Below are positions 34,331-45,900 of a stretch of DNA of 64,000 bases, one piece after another. The stretch comes from a virus (taxonomy: Duplodnaviria; Caudoviricetes): IMG/VR virus record IMGVR_UViG_3300011268_000751, positions 10,955 through 74,954 of that record. One strand, given 5' to 3'. The notes under the pieces are model-generated. The model was not told the DNA's origin and did not search any database. It saw only the letters and a list, made by a program, of their open reading frames with translations. The translations under genes were made by a program, and so were the position numbers. How positions within the stretch are numbered: the first letter of the stretch is position 1; each line of letters starts with the position of its first letter.

Positions 34331-37300
34331 TCATGACAATTCACCAAGATCATTTATTGCTAGAGTTGGACCTGGATCACTAAGAGCATCAAATGTTGGT
34401 GAAATAGCAGATCCAAATGCATCAGAAACAAGAGAACTAAAGTCTCCATAATCTCCAAATGGAATGAAGAGTATCTGATTTGAAACTACTTCAAGAAGAT
34501 CATCGAGTGCTGCTCCTTCATTTAAAGTGATTGAAGTTCCATTATCAGCAACATATTCAGTTTCACTTAAACGAATTCCATTTAAAAATACGTCTATTTG
34601 TCCCACATTATATGTGGTTGAAAATAATGTTTGTCCGTTTGTTGCAATAAAAGATGTTGTATTCCTAGAAACTCCAGTTGGAGATGATAAAGAAGTTGTA
34701 ACTGTTACAATACCAACAGATGCTTGAGATACCGTTAAGTTTCTTCCAAAATTAATAGTCAGAGCAACACCAACATTAACATTATTATTGCTAATATTAA
34801 TACCAGTAGATGATGAAGGAATAACTCCTGTTAATAAAGATCCATCACCAATAAACTTGAGTGCTGTTATAACTCCTACAGTGTTTATCTGTGTTGCACT
34901 AACAATACCTATTGTAGATATTCCAGATACATTCAGATTAGTTACATCTACAATTCCACCAATTGTATTTGTAGCAATACCAGAAGTCTGAGAGTAGGTT
35001 GCAATACCTGCATTTGGAGAATATGTGGAAACTCCTGAAGAATTAGAATAGGTTGCAATACCTGCATTATTTGCATAAGTTGCAATACCTGCATTTGGAG
35101 AATATGTAGAAACTCCTGAAGAATTAGAATAAGTTGCAATACCAGCAGTCTGAGCGTATGTTGCAATACCTGCACTTGATGAATATAAAACAGATGAAGG
35201 TTTCCAAACACTATTACTCGCATCCCAAATTAATGACTGACCGTTTGCTGGTGCCGTTGTAAAAGTATCGACATCATCAAGGTTATTAATTACATATCCA
35301 AGAGATGTTGATACTCCAACACTATTTGGGAATGGATAATTTTGTGGAGTGAAATTAGAAGTGTATCTCGCAATTCCTTTGGTGATACGAAGATCATCTA
35401 TGTATCCATCAAAATCACCATTCCAATATCTTCCTATACGCAAATTTGACGCTGATGTTGTAAATGTGGCAGACGTAGTCGCCGTCGTCCCTGCTACACC
35501 ATTTAGATAAGCAGTCACTGTGGAACCACTACGCACAAATGCAGCATGATACCACGTTCCTGTGATTAACGTTCCTGTGCTACACAAAGCCGTTCCCGTT
35601 GAGGGAGCATTCCAGATTGATAACCTATTAGTCTGTGTGCTGTGATCTAGCACGATCACAAATGCTGTTCCCGTGAATGATGATGCACCGTTAGAGATTA
35701 GACCAGAGGTCTGCATCGTATTGACATATAACCAAAACTCAATCGTAAAATCACCATCTAACGTAAATGCATTATTGCTATTTACAGTTAAAAAATCTCC
35801 ACTACCATCAAAATAAGCACTAGCACCACCAAACTTACTCTGTGCCGTGCTTATAGCAACATTACCATTTGGAGTAACTGTTAGATTATTGGAACTAGAA
35901 TCTGTGAAGGTGGTAGATCCATTACTACCATCCATGTGAAGTAGTAATGATACATCATTAAAGTTAGTATCTGTTGGATCTGGATATGCTACAGTGGGTA
36001 AAGTGAAACTAGATGTATATCTAGCAATTCCCTTTGTAACTCTAACATCGTCAATATATCCATACCAAAATGCTTGCGACCCATCCCATCCATTACTACC
36101 AATTCTAAGACCATTATTGGAAATATTAAGGCTCTGAGTATTAGTTGTAATTGCCTCTAAAGCACCATTAACAAATAGATATACACTAGAACCACTCCTT
36201 ACCAAAGCAACATGATACCAAGATCCAGTATTAATAGTTGTAGTACTAGAAATAATTGGATTAGTAGTATTGGTTCCAACGTTTATTTTTCGTGGAGATC
36301 CAGAAACCATGAAATACCATGATCCAGTTGATCCAGAACCACTAAATGATGGGTTTCCGTTTCCTAAAAGTGTTGGATATGAATTTAATAATCCAGTAGC
36401 ATTAAACCAACATTCAATTGTAAAATCTCCAGTTCCAAATTGGAAATTTGGATTATCTTGAATGTTTATATAATCTCCACTGCCATCAAAATACGCACTG
36501 GCGCCACCAAACTTACTCTGTGCCGTGCTTATTTGGGTGTTTCCAACAACGGTTATAGTATTAATACCAGAATTTGCTCCACTATCAATAAAGGTAGTAG
36601 ATCCATTACTACCATTCATATGCATCAGTAATGATACATTATTAATATAAGGATCACTAGTATTGTAACTATACCCACCAATGACTGGACCAGAAACCCA
36701 TTCACCATTTTGATAGATTAATGCTCTGCCATCAGATGCTGCTTGAATAGCAGTGATATTGACATCACTAATTCCATCTAAAACGGTTGCTATTCCAGTT
36801 AATGAAGAACCATCACCTATAAACTTAGAAGCAGTTATAATACCAGAAGTAAAAACACTAGAGTCTATATCTAAAGTTCTCGCTATTGTTGAGATACCAG
36901 CAAGTAAAGCATAAGTCGATACTCCTGCCCTAGTTGCATAAGTTGCTATACCTGCAGTCTGAGCGTAAGTTGAAACTCCAGAAACAGAGGCATAAGTCGC
37001 TATACCAGATGTCTGAGAGTAGGTTGCTATACCTGCAGTTTGAGCGTAGGTTGCTATACCCGCCGTCTGAGCGTAGGTTGCAACTCCAGCAATAGAAGCA
37101 TAAGTTGAAAGACCAGCACTTATACCAGTTAATTGACTTCCATCACCAAAGTATCTGGTTGCAGTAACAACTCCAGAAAATAATCCATTACCAATCACAT
37201 GTAATTTTGATGTTGGATTTGTGGTTCCTAATCCAACATTTCCACTATAAGGAGATAATACTACTCTACCATTAGAGTTTGCTAAGATAATTGGAGTTCC

Positions 37301-38452
37301 AGAAATATCATTAACTCCAAAAATATCTCCAGTTAAATTATTAGAAATTGATAATAACTGACCTGAAGATCCCTCAAAACTCAGTGCTCCACCATCTTGT
37401 TCGTATCCTTTAATCTTAATATGTTGAGTTGTAGAAGTTCCACCAGAAACTACAACCTCGCCGTTTACATGTAGGTTATAAAGTGGATTTGTTGTTCCTA
37501 TACCAACCTTAGAAAGAGTATGAATACCTGCAGAATTTGTAACCCACTGAGAGGATATACCAATTACACTAGATAGACCTGATCCGTCACCAACAAATCT
37601 AGATGCAGTGATGATGCCAGTAGTATTAATACTTGAGGTTGTTCCAAAACCTACAGCAAGAGATGCTATACCAGCACTGGAAGCATAAGTTGCAATTCCC
37701 GCAGTTGATGAATAAGTTGAAAGACCGGAGATTGAAGAATATGTTGCAATGCCACTAAAAGAAGAATATGTTGATATACCTGATACCTGAGCGTAGGTTG
37801 ATATACCTGCTATAGAAGCATAATTTGAAAAAGTCGATAATCCACTAGAAGAAGCATAAGTAGATATGCCAGATACAAATGCATATGTTGCAATACCAGA
37901 AGAAGTAGCATAATTTGAATAAGTTGCTAAACCTGCTACTGAGGCATAAGTTGCTATACCAGAACTAGAAGCATAAGTCGCTAAACCTGCTACTGAGGCA
38001 TATGTAGAAACTCCAGCAACCTCAGCATAAGTCGCTAAACCTGCTACTGAGGCATATGTAGAAACTCCAGCAACCTCAGCATAAGTCGCTAAACCTGCTA
38101 TTGAGGCATATGTAGAAACTCCAGCAACCTCAGCATATGAGGATATCCCTGCAACTGGAGCATAACTTGAGAAGATTGTAACAATACCTGAGTTTACAGG
38201 TGTTACATTAACTCCTTGTCCGAAATTAATTTCAAATGCAGATCCAACTAATACATTATCATCGGTGATTGTTATACCAACACCAGAAGCAACAACACCA
38301 GTCAATAAACTTCCATCACCAGCAAATTGAGATGCTGTAATTATTCCAGTAAAATATGAATTACCAACGACTGAAAAACTAGTCAGATCCTCAGTTGCTG
38401 ACTCAATACCAACGTTAAAATATGGTTCTCTTCCGCTTAAAAACTTTGCCAT
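34331..38452 (-). CDS. Long tail fibre with two tandem LamG-like domains and three 9-aa repeat arrays
   Basis: Two SLL(M/L)HM.GSNGSTTF...ISTAQSKFGGASAYFDGSGD...ARYTS.F domains (~35330-36640); AG(I/V/L)(A/S)TYA arrays; five GDGS joints. Confidence 0.8.
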   Translation of the reverse strand: MAKFLSGREPYFNVGIESATEDLTSFSVVGNSYFTGIITASQFAGDGSLLTGVVASGVGITITDDNVLVGSAFEINFGQGVNVTPVNSGIVTIFSSYAPVAGISSYAEVAGVSTYASIAGLATYAEVAGVSTYASVAGLATYAEVAGVSTYASVAGLATYASSSGIATYASVAGLATYSNYATSSGIATYAFVSGISTYASSSGLSTFSNYASIAGISTYAQVSGISTYSSFSGIATYSSISGLSTYSSTAGIATYASSAGIASLAVGFGTTSSINTTGIITASRFVGDGSGLSSVIGISSQWVTNSAGIHTLSKVGIGTTNPLYNLHVNGEVVVSGGTSTTQHIKIKGYEQDGGALSFEGSSGQLLSISNNLTGDIFGVNDISGTPIILANSNGRVVLSPYSGNVGLGTTNPTSKLHVIGNGLFSGVVTATRYFGDGSQLTGISAGLSTYASIAGVATYAQTAGIATYAQTAGIATYSQTSGIATYASVSGVSTYAQTAGIATYATRAGVSTYALLAGISTIARTLDIDSSVFTSGIITASKFIGDGSSLTGIATVLDGISDVNITAIQAASDGRALIYQNGEWVSGPVIGGYSYNTSDPYINNVSLLMHMNGSNGSTTFIDSGANSGINTITVVGNTQISTAQSKFGGASAYFDGSGDYINIQDNPNFQFGTGDFTIECWFNATGLLNSYPTLLGNGNPSFSGSGSTGSWYFMVSGSPRKINVGTNTTNPIISSTTTINTGSWYHVALVRSGSSVYLFVNGALEAITTNTQSLNISNNGLRIGSNGWDGSQAFWYGYIDDVRVTKGIARYTSSFTLPTVAYPDPTDTNFNDVSLLLHMDGSNGSTTFTDSSSNNLTVTPNGNVAISTAQSKFGGASAYFDGSGDFLTVNSNNAFTLDGDFTIEFWLYVNTMQTSGLISNGASSFTGTAFVIVLDHSTQTNRLSIWNAPSTGTALCSTGTLITGTWYHAAFVRSGSTVTAYLNGVAGTTATTSATFTTSASNLRIGRYWNGDFDGYIDDLRITKGIARYTSNFTPQNYPFPNSVGVSTSLGYVINNLDDVDTFTTAPANGQSLIWDASNSVWKPSSVLYSSSAGIATYAQTAGIATYSNSSGVSTYSPNAGIATYANNAGIATYSNSSGVSTYSPNAGIATYSQTSGIATNTIGGIVDVTNLNVSGISTIGIVSATQINTVGVITALKFIGDGSLLTGVIPSSSTGINISNNNVNVGVALTINFGRNLTVSQASVGIVTVTTSLSSPTGVSRNTTSFIATNGQTLFSTTYNVGQIDVFLNGIRLSETEYVADNGTSITLNEGAALDDLLEVVSNQILFIPFGDYGDFSSLVSDAFGSAISPTFDALSDPGPTLAINDLGELS
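34975..38165. repeat. Three 27-bp coding repeat arrays (~34975-35180, ~36890-37115, ~37670-38165)
   Basis: e.g. gcatatgtagaaactccagcaacctcagcata three times at a 54-bp period near 38000-38135; 81-bp duplication near 35000-35160. Confidence 0.8.
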
Positions 38453-38793
38453 TAGTTTAGTGTCTCTAGGATACTACCGATGAATTTAAGATTTGTTGAA
38501 TTAGAACCTGAAAGAACTAGAATATCTCCAGACTCAAGAACTAATTTTCCAGAAAGTAGATTTGCAGTATCATTTGCAGGAATACTAAAATCTTTTAGGA
38601 TTTCAGTAGTAACTGCAATGCCAGCAACTTTTCTCTGATGAGAAAAAGAAACTTGGTGAGTTTGATTACTAATATTTGCAATTTGTGCTAACAAAACAAC
38701 ACCAGTATATCCAACAGGTGCTGTATAAATTCCAACTGGTGATGTTTGTGCGACTTTAGTGACAGTTTTAAATACGTTAAGTGCTAATGCCAT
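38452..38793 (-). CDS. Small virion structural protein (113 aa)
   Basis: IYTAP.G...VVL.AQIANI...KLVLE.GD.L motif typical of small phage tail proteins; coupled on both sides. Confidence 0.65.
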   Translation of the reverse strand: MALALNVFKTVTKVAQTSPVGIYTAPVGYTGVVLLAQIANISNQTHQVSFSHQRKVAGIAVTTEILKDFSIPANDTANLLSGKLVLESGDILVLSGSNSTNLKFIGSILETLN

Positions 38794-38794
38794 A

Positions 38795-41700
38795 TTATCC
38801 TCCGAGTGCTAAAATGAATGGTGTCATGGTTGAGAACAAACTCTTAGAATAGAACGTTCCAGAAATAGTTCCAGTCTGCTGATTAATCACAACACCATCA
38901 CCAATTCTAAAGTTACCAGATTGATCGGTGCTGGTGAATACAACCAATCCACCATTCTTTGCCACAGTTTCATTATCTTGAATTGCAACACCACCAGTGG
39001 AAGGAAGTGCCTTAGATATTTCAGTCCCTGATCCGATATACTCTAATGAATGGCCTGAGGCAAGCAATCTACTCTGTTTAAAGAATGGTGCCTGTGTTCC
39101 AACTCCAACGGCATAGGGGACATTATCAGAAATAGTAATAGTGCAAATTCCAGAACTCGTAATTGGAGTACAAGAATTAATCACATAATATGCAGGAACC
39201 ATTTCCGCATAGGCAATCGCTGTATTTATTCCAACATCAGGAGATAGAACTGTAACTTTTGGTGGAACTTTATAACCTCTACCATTAGAAATCATCTCAA
39301 TATTTCTAACTCCACCATCAACAACTTCTGCTACAGCAGTTGCAGGAATTCCCCATTCAGTTTCTGGTTCTTCAATAATAATATCAGTATTTGTTAGATA
39401 TCCAGTTCCACCAGAGGAAACAACAACTTTACCGACACTATAATAAAGATCTCCAAAATAAACTACCTGACCGTCAAATGGGCGAATTGTATTGATCTTC
39501 ACAGTTCCACCACCCACATAAGTATGAGGAAGAGTTGATGCACCCACATTTGCACTAAATACCGTGCTTGCTAAAGATACTGAAGGAAGACCAGTTAAAG
39601 ATCCTGCACCAATATAAGTAGTAAGAATTCCAACTAGATTATCAATCGTGCTATAAACATCAGCACAACCGTTGATGTTTTGATTTGAATTAACTGCAGG
39701 ATCAATTTGAAGTGCCAAGTTCTGTGCGTTCAGTAAATTATTAATTGCCTTCTTGGAGTAATCTCTAATCGCACGGAATGCTGTAATTGACTCAGCAACT
39801 TCTCCAACTAAACCATTTGAACGTGGTGCTCCACTGATGGTAAAATAAGACTTTGTTGCTTCTAATATACTCTTATTAGTATATCCTTCAAGATCATCAG
39901 CAATCGCATCCACAATATATCCAATATCTCTACGACACTTACTCTGCCCTGTAACAAAAATACCCGGATTAATTGTTATAGTATTGAGAGTAGAAAGATT
40001 TCCAATACCAACTGCCTGAGTTGTGATGCTGACAAGAGTATCAATTGCAGATTGAACGTTAGCACATGAGTTTGGAGATGTATTAAACCCAGTTACAGGA
40101 TCTGCAGTGAGTGTAAGATCCTTATAATTTAATTGATTGGTAATTGCTTTCTTTGCATAATCTCTAGCGGAGTTGAAAGCATAATTTGACTCTGCTTCTT
40201 CTCCTAGAAGAGATGTAGTTGCAGATCCTACATTGTTAAAGTAGAACTTAGTAAATGCGATAGTATAAGAATTTCCACCAGTAAAGATGTCTGTTGAGAA
40301 TGCATCTACAAAATATCCAAGGTCTCTAGCACACTTATTCGTTGTTGAAATGCCAAGATTTTCATTGAATGTTGATAGTGATGCAGTTGTTCCAATTCCA
40401 ATTACTGTGGTTACAATTCCTACAAGAGTATCAATATTTGCCTGAACGTCTGTGCAAGAATTTTCATTTCCAGATTGTAGAACCAGTAACGAAGTTCCTA
40501 TTCCACCATATGTTGCAGGACCAGAACTAATTCCAAGGTTTTTGAAGTTCAGTTGATTTGTAACTGCCTTCTTCATTAAATCTCTAGCAGAATTAAAGGC
40601 AGTTACACTTTCCACTTCTTCACCAATCAATCCATTTGATATTGGATTGCCAGTATTATCAAAATACTGAAGTGTAAAATCTCTAGAATACTTATTACCA
40701 CCAGTAAATACATCAGTTGAAATTGCATCAATCAAGTATCCAAGATCTCTGGCACACTTATATCCACCAGGAGAACTTGTGGTTCCAATTCCAACTCCTA
40801 GATTAAAGTATCCAAAGTTAGAATTAGGAAGTGAAGATGTGCTTCCTGAACCAATTACAGTTGTTACAATTCCAACAAGGTTGTCAATGTTCGTTCTAAC
40901 ATTCGCACAGGAACTGGGATCAGTATTAAATCCAGTTACAGGATCTGCGGTGATTGTTAAATCACTATATGCTGCACCAACAAGAGTGTTTGTGATTGCA
41001 CTCTTCATCAGTTCTCTTGCTTCAACAAATGCATAATTTGATGCTACTTCTTCACCCTGTAGTCCGTTTGTGATTGGATTACCAGCACCATCAAAGTATT
41101 GTAGAGTAAATTGGCGAGAATAATTATTACCACCCGTGAAAACATCAGCGGAGATAGCATCTACAAAGTATCCAAGATCTCTCTTACACTTAGACTCTGA
41201 CGATGCAATCGCTGGATATACATTATAGGCATTCGTCCAGGCAATACTTACGATAACATCCTTATTTCTTTGAATTAATCTATAGGCATCAAAGTATCTA
41301 GATCTATCATTTGTTTGAAGATCGCCAGGAAAATAAAAATCGGAATGAGCGATTGCAACTGCACCTAAAGACTTATCGACGATTTCCTGCTTGTTAATTT
41401 GAATTAACCTGGAAGCATCATAATATCTCGATCTTGCATTTGTTTCTGGTTCATCGGGAAAATAAAATCCAGATGGAAATCCAATAGCAATCGATACTAA
41501 AGATTTATCTACTATTTCTTGCTTGTTCTGCTGAATTAAACGATACGAGTCATAAAATCTTGAGTATTGTGTAGTCTGCTGATCTCCAGGGAAATAAAAA
41601 TCAGGATGCTCTATTGCAATTGCTGCAAGAGATTTATCTTGAATTTCTGTTCTATTTGCACGAATTTGGTTTGCTGCATCAACATATCTACCAGGAGCAA

Positions 41701-42910
41701 CTGTTTTAACCTCAAAATTATATCCAAACTTACCAGATGGATATGTTAGAATTCCAGGTCCAGAGGGGCAAGTAAATCCAAGACCAACAATCGAAACTCC
41801 CATTCCCACATTAAACTTATGTGGTTGACTGGTCGTGATCGTAACAATACCACACCCATTATCATATTTTGCAGTCACTACACCTAAGGTTGGAGTGCTT
41901 AAATCAATTGTGAATGTGTCACTATTTGAATCTGTTGCCTGTACTATTAAACCAGTAAATTTTAATGGTCCAACACCATCCGAAACCAGGGCATAGTCTC
42001 CAAAGGATGAGTTAGAGTTTGTGAGATCACATGCACCGCCAGATCCACAATAAACTGCAGTCTCATTACAGATAGTGAATAAAGAAACTAACTGGGCGTA
42101 TCCCTCATTAGTAATAGAACAACCAATTCCACCCTGATTATATTGAGTATAAGAATCAAGAACCATACTCTTCGTAGGTCCAATAGATAACTTACCGTCT
42201 ATTCTGAGACCAATACTATCAGGAATAAAGTTCGTACAATTCTGAATATAGGGTGATTGTGCGTTATATCTTGCCGCTGCTGGATCAAAAGAAAAAATTG
42301 CTCCAGGATTTGCTGGACCTACAAATGCCATCTCGGCAATATAATTTCCTTCACCAACATAAAACAAATCACCTTGATTTTGTGGAGTTACACTTACTTC
42401 ACGAAGACTATCACCAACCACACTCACTTGGTTTGGTAATGTGATTGGATTATCTTCTATGTAAGTTCCAGCACTAACCTTAATAACAGTTCCCTCTGTT
42501 GCTGCTGCAACTGCTCCCTTGATAGTTGCCTTTGCTTTTCCAAGGGTTCTTCCATCATTTGCATCACTTCCATTTTTTGTGACGTAGAGGAGATTTGTGA
42601 CTTGTGGAAATCCATTTACCGTAACCGTTGATAAACCACTAACAACTGGAGATACTTCTAAACCAACTCCAGAAAAATTAACTGTATTTGCAAATCCTAC
42701 AATAGTTCCGTCTTTAGCAACTCGGACACCAGAAATCTTTTGAATGGTGTCTGTAGTTACATTATCAAGAGATAGAATATTTTGTAATTGACGCCCAGAA
42801 CTAACAACTTGCGAATTACCGATGCTTACGGAAGTTGCAGTTACTACACCAGCATTAACTATATTTCTACTATCATCGATGATAGTAGATCCTACGATTT
42901 TAATTGCCAT
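38795..42910 (-). CDS. Tailspike-like beta-helix protein with inserted helical repeats (1371 aa)
   Basis: LYVTKNGSDANDG....AKATIKGA...GTY.E..P...VVGDSLR; four ~44-aa RY.DA.RLI..NK.EI repeats; about four ~140-aa KC.RD.GY..DA repeats; CTAAATA promoter at 42946-42953. Confidence 0.7.
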   Translation of the reverse strand: MAIKIVGSTIIDDSRNIVNAGVVTATSVSIGNSQVVSSGRQLQNILSLDNVTTDTIQKISGVRVAKDGTIVGFANTVNFSGVGLEVSPVVSGLSTVTVNGFPQVTNLLYVTKNGSDANDGRTLGKAKATIKGAVAAATEGTVIKVSAGTYIEDNPITLPNQVSVVGDSLREVSVTPQNQGDLFYVGEGNYIAEMAFVGPANPGAIFSFDPAAARYNAQSPYIQNCTNFIPDSIGLRIDGKLSIGPTKSMVLDSYTQYNQGGIGCSITNEGYAQLVSLFTICNETAVYCGSGGACDLTNSNSSFGDYALVSDGVGPLKFTGLIVQATDSNSDTFTIDLSTPTLGVVTAKYDNGCGIVTITTSQPHKFNVGMGVSIVGLGFTCPSGPGILTYPSGKFGYNFEVKTVAPGRYVDAANQIRANRTEIQDKSLAAIAIEHPDFYFPGDQQTTQYSRFYDSYRLIQQNKQEIVDKSLVSIAIGFPSGFYFPDEPETNARSRYYDASRLIQINKQEIVDKSLGAVAIAHSDFYFPGDLQTNDRSRYFDAYRLIQRNKDVIVSIAWTNAYNVYPAIASSESKCKRDLGYFVDAISADVFTGGNNYSRQFTLQYFDGAGNPITNGLQGEEVASNYAFVEARELMKSAITNTLVGAAYSDLTITADPVTGFNTDPSSCANVRTNIDNLVGIVTTVIGSGSTSSLPNSNFGYFNLGVGIGTTSSPGGYKCARDLGYLIDAISTDVFTGGNKYSRDFTLQYFDNTGNPISNGLIGEEVESVTAFNSARDLMKKAVTNQLNFKNLGISSGPATYGGIGTSLLVLQSGNENSCTDVQANIDTLVGIVTTVIGIGTTASLSTFNENLGISTTNKCARDLGYFVDAFSTDIFTGGNSYTIAFTKFYFNNVGSATTSLLGEEAESNYAFNSARDYAKKAITNQLNYKDLTLTADPVTGFNTSPNSCANVQSAIDTLVSITTQAVGIGNLSTLNTITINPGIFVTGQSKCRRDIGYIVDAIADDLEGYTNKSILEATKSYFTISGAPRSNGLVGEVAESITAFRAIRDYSKKAINNLLNAQNLALQIDPAVNSNQNINGCADVYSTIDNLVGILTTYIGAGSLTGLPSVSLASTVFSANVGASTLPHTYVGGGTVKINTIRPFDGQVVYFGDLYYSVGKVVVSSGGTGYLTNTDIIIEEPETEWGIPATAVAEVVDGGVRNIEMISNGRGYKVPPKVTVLSPDVGINTAIAYAEMVPAYYVINSCTPITSSGICTITISDNVPYAVGVGTQAPFFKQSRLLASGHSLEYIGSGTEISKALPSTGGVAIQDNETVAKNGGLVVFTSTDQSGNFRIGDGVVINQQTGTISGTFYSKSLFSTMTPFILALGG

Positions 42911-42957
42911 TTACCGTCTTCGTGTTGCCACTGGGTAATCAGATTTATTTAGGTCAG

Positions 42958-45900
42958 TCATAATAATCTTTTTTTCAATTCATCAATTTCTTTTTGTTGT
43001 TCCTTAACACATTCAATTAATAATCCAATTAAACCATTATAATTAACAGATTTAGTTTCATCACCATTTACAAGTTGTGGAAGAACCTTTTCAATCTCTT
43101 GAGCGACAACACCAGCAGAAGAACGATTTGTATTCTTCCAATCGAATGTAACGCCGCGAATTTGTTTCACTGTTTCAATTGGATTTTGAATTGGTTCAAT
43201 GTTTGTCTTGAGCTTTCTATCAGAGAGTGAGTCATAATCTGTTGAAGTTATAATTCCAGTAACATAAAGGTTTCCTGCAACTGTCAACTTAGATGTTGGA
43301 TTTGTAGTTCCAACACCAACATTTACAAGAGTATGAATACCAACGGAAGTTGTAATCCACTGTTTAGATGTTTCGGCAGCAACTCCAGAAAGTTGAGAAC
43401 CATCACCAATAAATCTCAGTGCTGTTACAATTCCAGCAGAATATAATTGAGTTACAGTAACAACACCTAAAGTGGAAATACCAGTTACATTTAAGTTAGT
43501 TACAGAAGCAAATCCACCAGATACACTTGTTGAAATACCCGAGGAAGATGCATAAGTCGCAACTCCAGCAGATGATGAATAGGTTGCTAAACCAGCAACT
43601 GAAGCATATGTAGAAACTCCAGATCTTGTAGCATAAGTTGCTATTCCAGCAGTCTGAGCGTAAGTTGCAATACCAGCGACTCTAGCATATTCAGCAACAC
43701 TAGAAATTCCAGCACTTATACCAGTTAGTTTAGAACCATCACCGAAGAATGTCGTAGCACTTACGATACCTGCAGTTACAACTCCAGTGATAATCGCATC
43801 ACCAATTACATGCAATCTAGAAGTTGGAGTTGCAGTTCCAACACCAAGATTTGTAAACGTATGAATACCTACTGGAGTTGTGATCCATTGAGTGCTAATT
43901 CCAGTTACAGAGTCAATCGTTGCATATCCAGAATTAAACGTAACGGTCAGATTATCACCAAAATCTAGAGTTGCAGCAATACCAATCAAACTTCCAGAGT
44001 CTCTTACAGAAACTCCAGATCCTTGAGCGACAATTCCAGTTAATTGACTACCATCACCATAGAACGATGTTGCAGTAACAACTCCAGTGAATAACCCATC
44101 ACCAGAAACTGTAAGTCTAGATGTTGGATTTGTAGTTCCGATACCAACATTAGAAAGTGTGTGAATACCGGAAGAAGTTGTGACCCACTGAGATGCTGTA
44201 ATTCCTGTTAAGAAACTTCCATCACCATAATAAGTTGTTGCTGTTACAACACCAAGAGTAGAAATTCCAGTAACATTTAATTGAGTAACAGATGCCACTC
44301 CACCAATAACGCTTGTAGCAACTCCAGCAATCGTAGCGATGCCAGCAACTTTAGCGTATTCAGCAACACTAGAAATTCCGGCACTTATACCAGTCAGTTT
44401 AGAACCATCACCAAAGAATGTTGTGGCAGTTACAATACCAGCAGTAATTATTCCTACATTTATGATATTTGAAATATTTGTAGGACCTAATGTAGTAATT
44501 CCACTTACATTCAGAGAAGTTACATTTGCCGTTCCTCCACTTACGTTTGTAGCAATTCCAGCGATTGTAGAGATACCAGCAACCTTAGCATACTCGGCAA
44601 CACTGGAAATTCCAACACTTATGCCAGTAAGTTTAGAACCATCACCAAAGAATGTCGTGGCAGTTACAACACCAGCAGTAATTACACCAACACTATTAAT
44701 ATTTGAAATGTTTGCATTACCTAAGGTTGTAATTCCAGTAACATTCAGTCCGATTACATTTGCAGTTCCACCATTTACATTCGTAGATACTCCAGCAATA
44801 CTTGCATAAGTTGCAACACCAGCAGTTCTTGCATATGTAGAAATTCCAGATGTTCTTGCATATCCAACATCTCCAAAGAATGCAGAGGCAGTTACAACAC
44901 CAGTAATTAAAGCATCACCATAAACAGTTAATGTTGAAGATGCAGATGTTGTTCCAATACCAATACTTCCAGTGGTGATAATTCCAGTTCCACCACTAGA
45001 CCAATAATTAACGACATTTACTGTTGTAATTCCAGAAACTATTGAAGTTAATGAAATATTTTCACCGAAGTTAAGAACTGATGCAGTTCCAAGTAAGATA
45101 TCATCATCCCTAACAAGAACACCAGAACCTTCTGCAATAATTCCTGTCAGTTTAGAACCATCACCAAAGAATGACGTGGCAGTTACAACACCAGCAGTAA
45201 AGATACCAGATACAACACCATTCCCACTAACAAATATATCAGTGCCACTAATACTTGTTACTGATAATGCAGTTCCAGTAATACTAGTTCCAATAATTGA
45301 TCCAGTTGAAAGTCTTCTTGAAGTTACAACTCCAGCAACATCAACATCACCACCAACTGATAATCTGGAATTTGGATTTGTAGTTCCAATACCAATATTC
45401 AGTCTTTCATTACCAACTAACCAATACTCATTAAATCCAAGAGAGTTAATACCAATTGCAAGTGTTTTTCCTCTTTCTACGACTGGGAAGTCAAAGTATG
45501 AAGCACCTTGACCGCTACCAATTACGATCTTATAAGAAGAATTCTGAGAACACCCAACAAAAGATCCAAAGAAAGTATTATTACACCCAGTAGCATTATT
45601 AACACCCGAATAGAAACCAAAGAAACTATTCGTTCTACCTGTAGTGTTACATACACCAGATGATCTACCAAAGAAACTGTTTCTAAATCCTGTAGTATTG
45701 CAACGACCTGCTAGGAAACCAAAGAAACTATTCGAGTCTCCAGTAGTATTACACTGTCCCGCATTTGAACCAAAGAAACTGTTATAGCAACCAGTGGTTG
45801 TAAACTTACCAGTGAATGATCCGAAGAAACTATTATAAGCGCCACTTGTAATTGATGCTGCAGCACCAACACCAACAAAACTGTTTAAAATACCAATATT

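Noticed and set aside
27940-38165. Regularly spaced 27-bp repeats resembling a CRISPR array
   Set aside because: They are in-frame, degenerate, tandem coding repeats without unique spacers; no cas genes are present.
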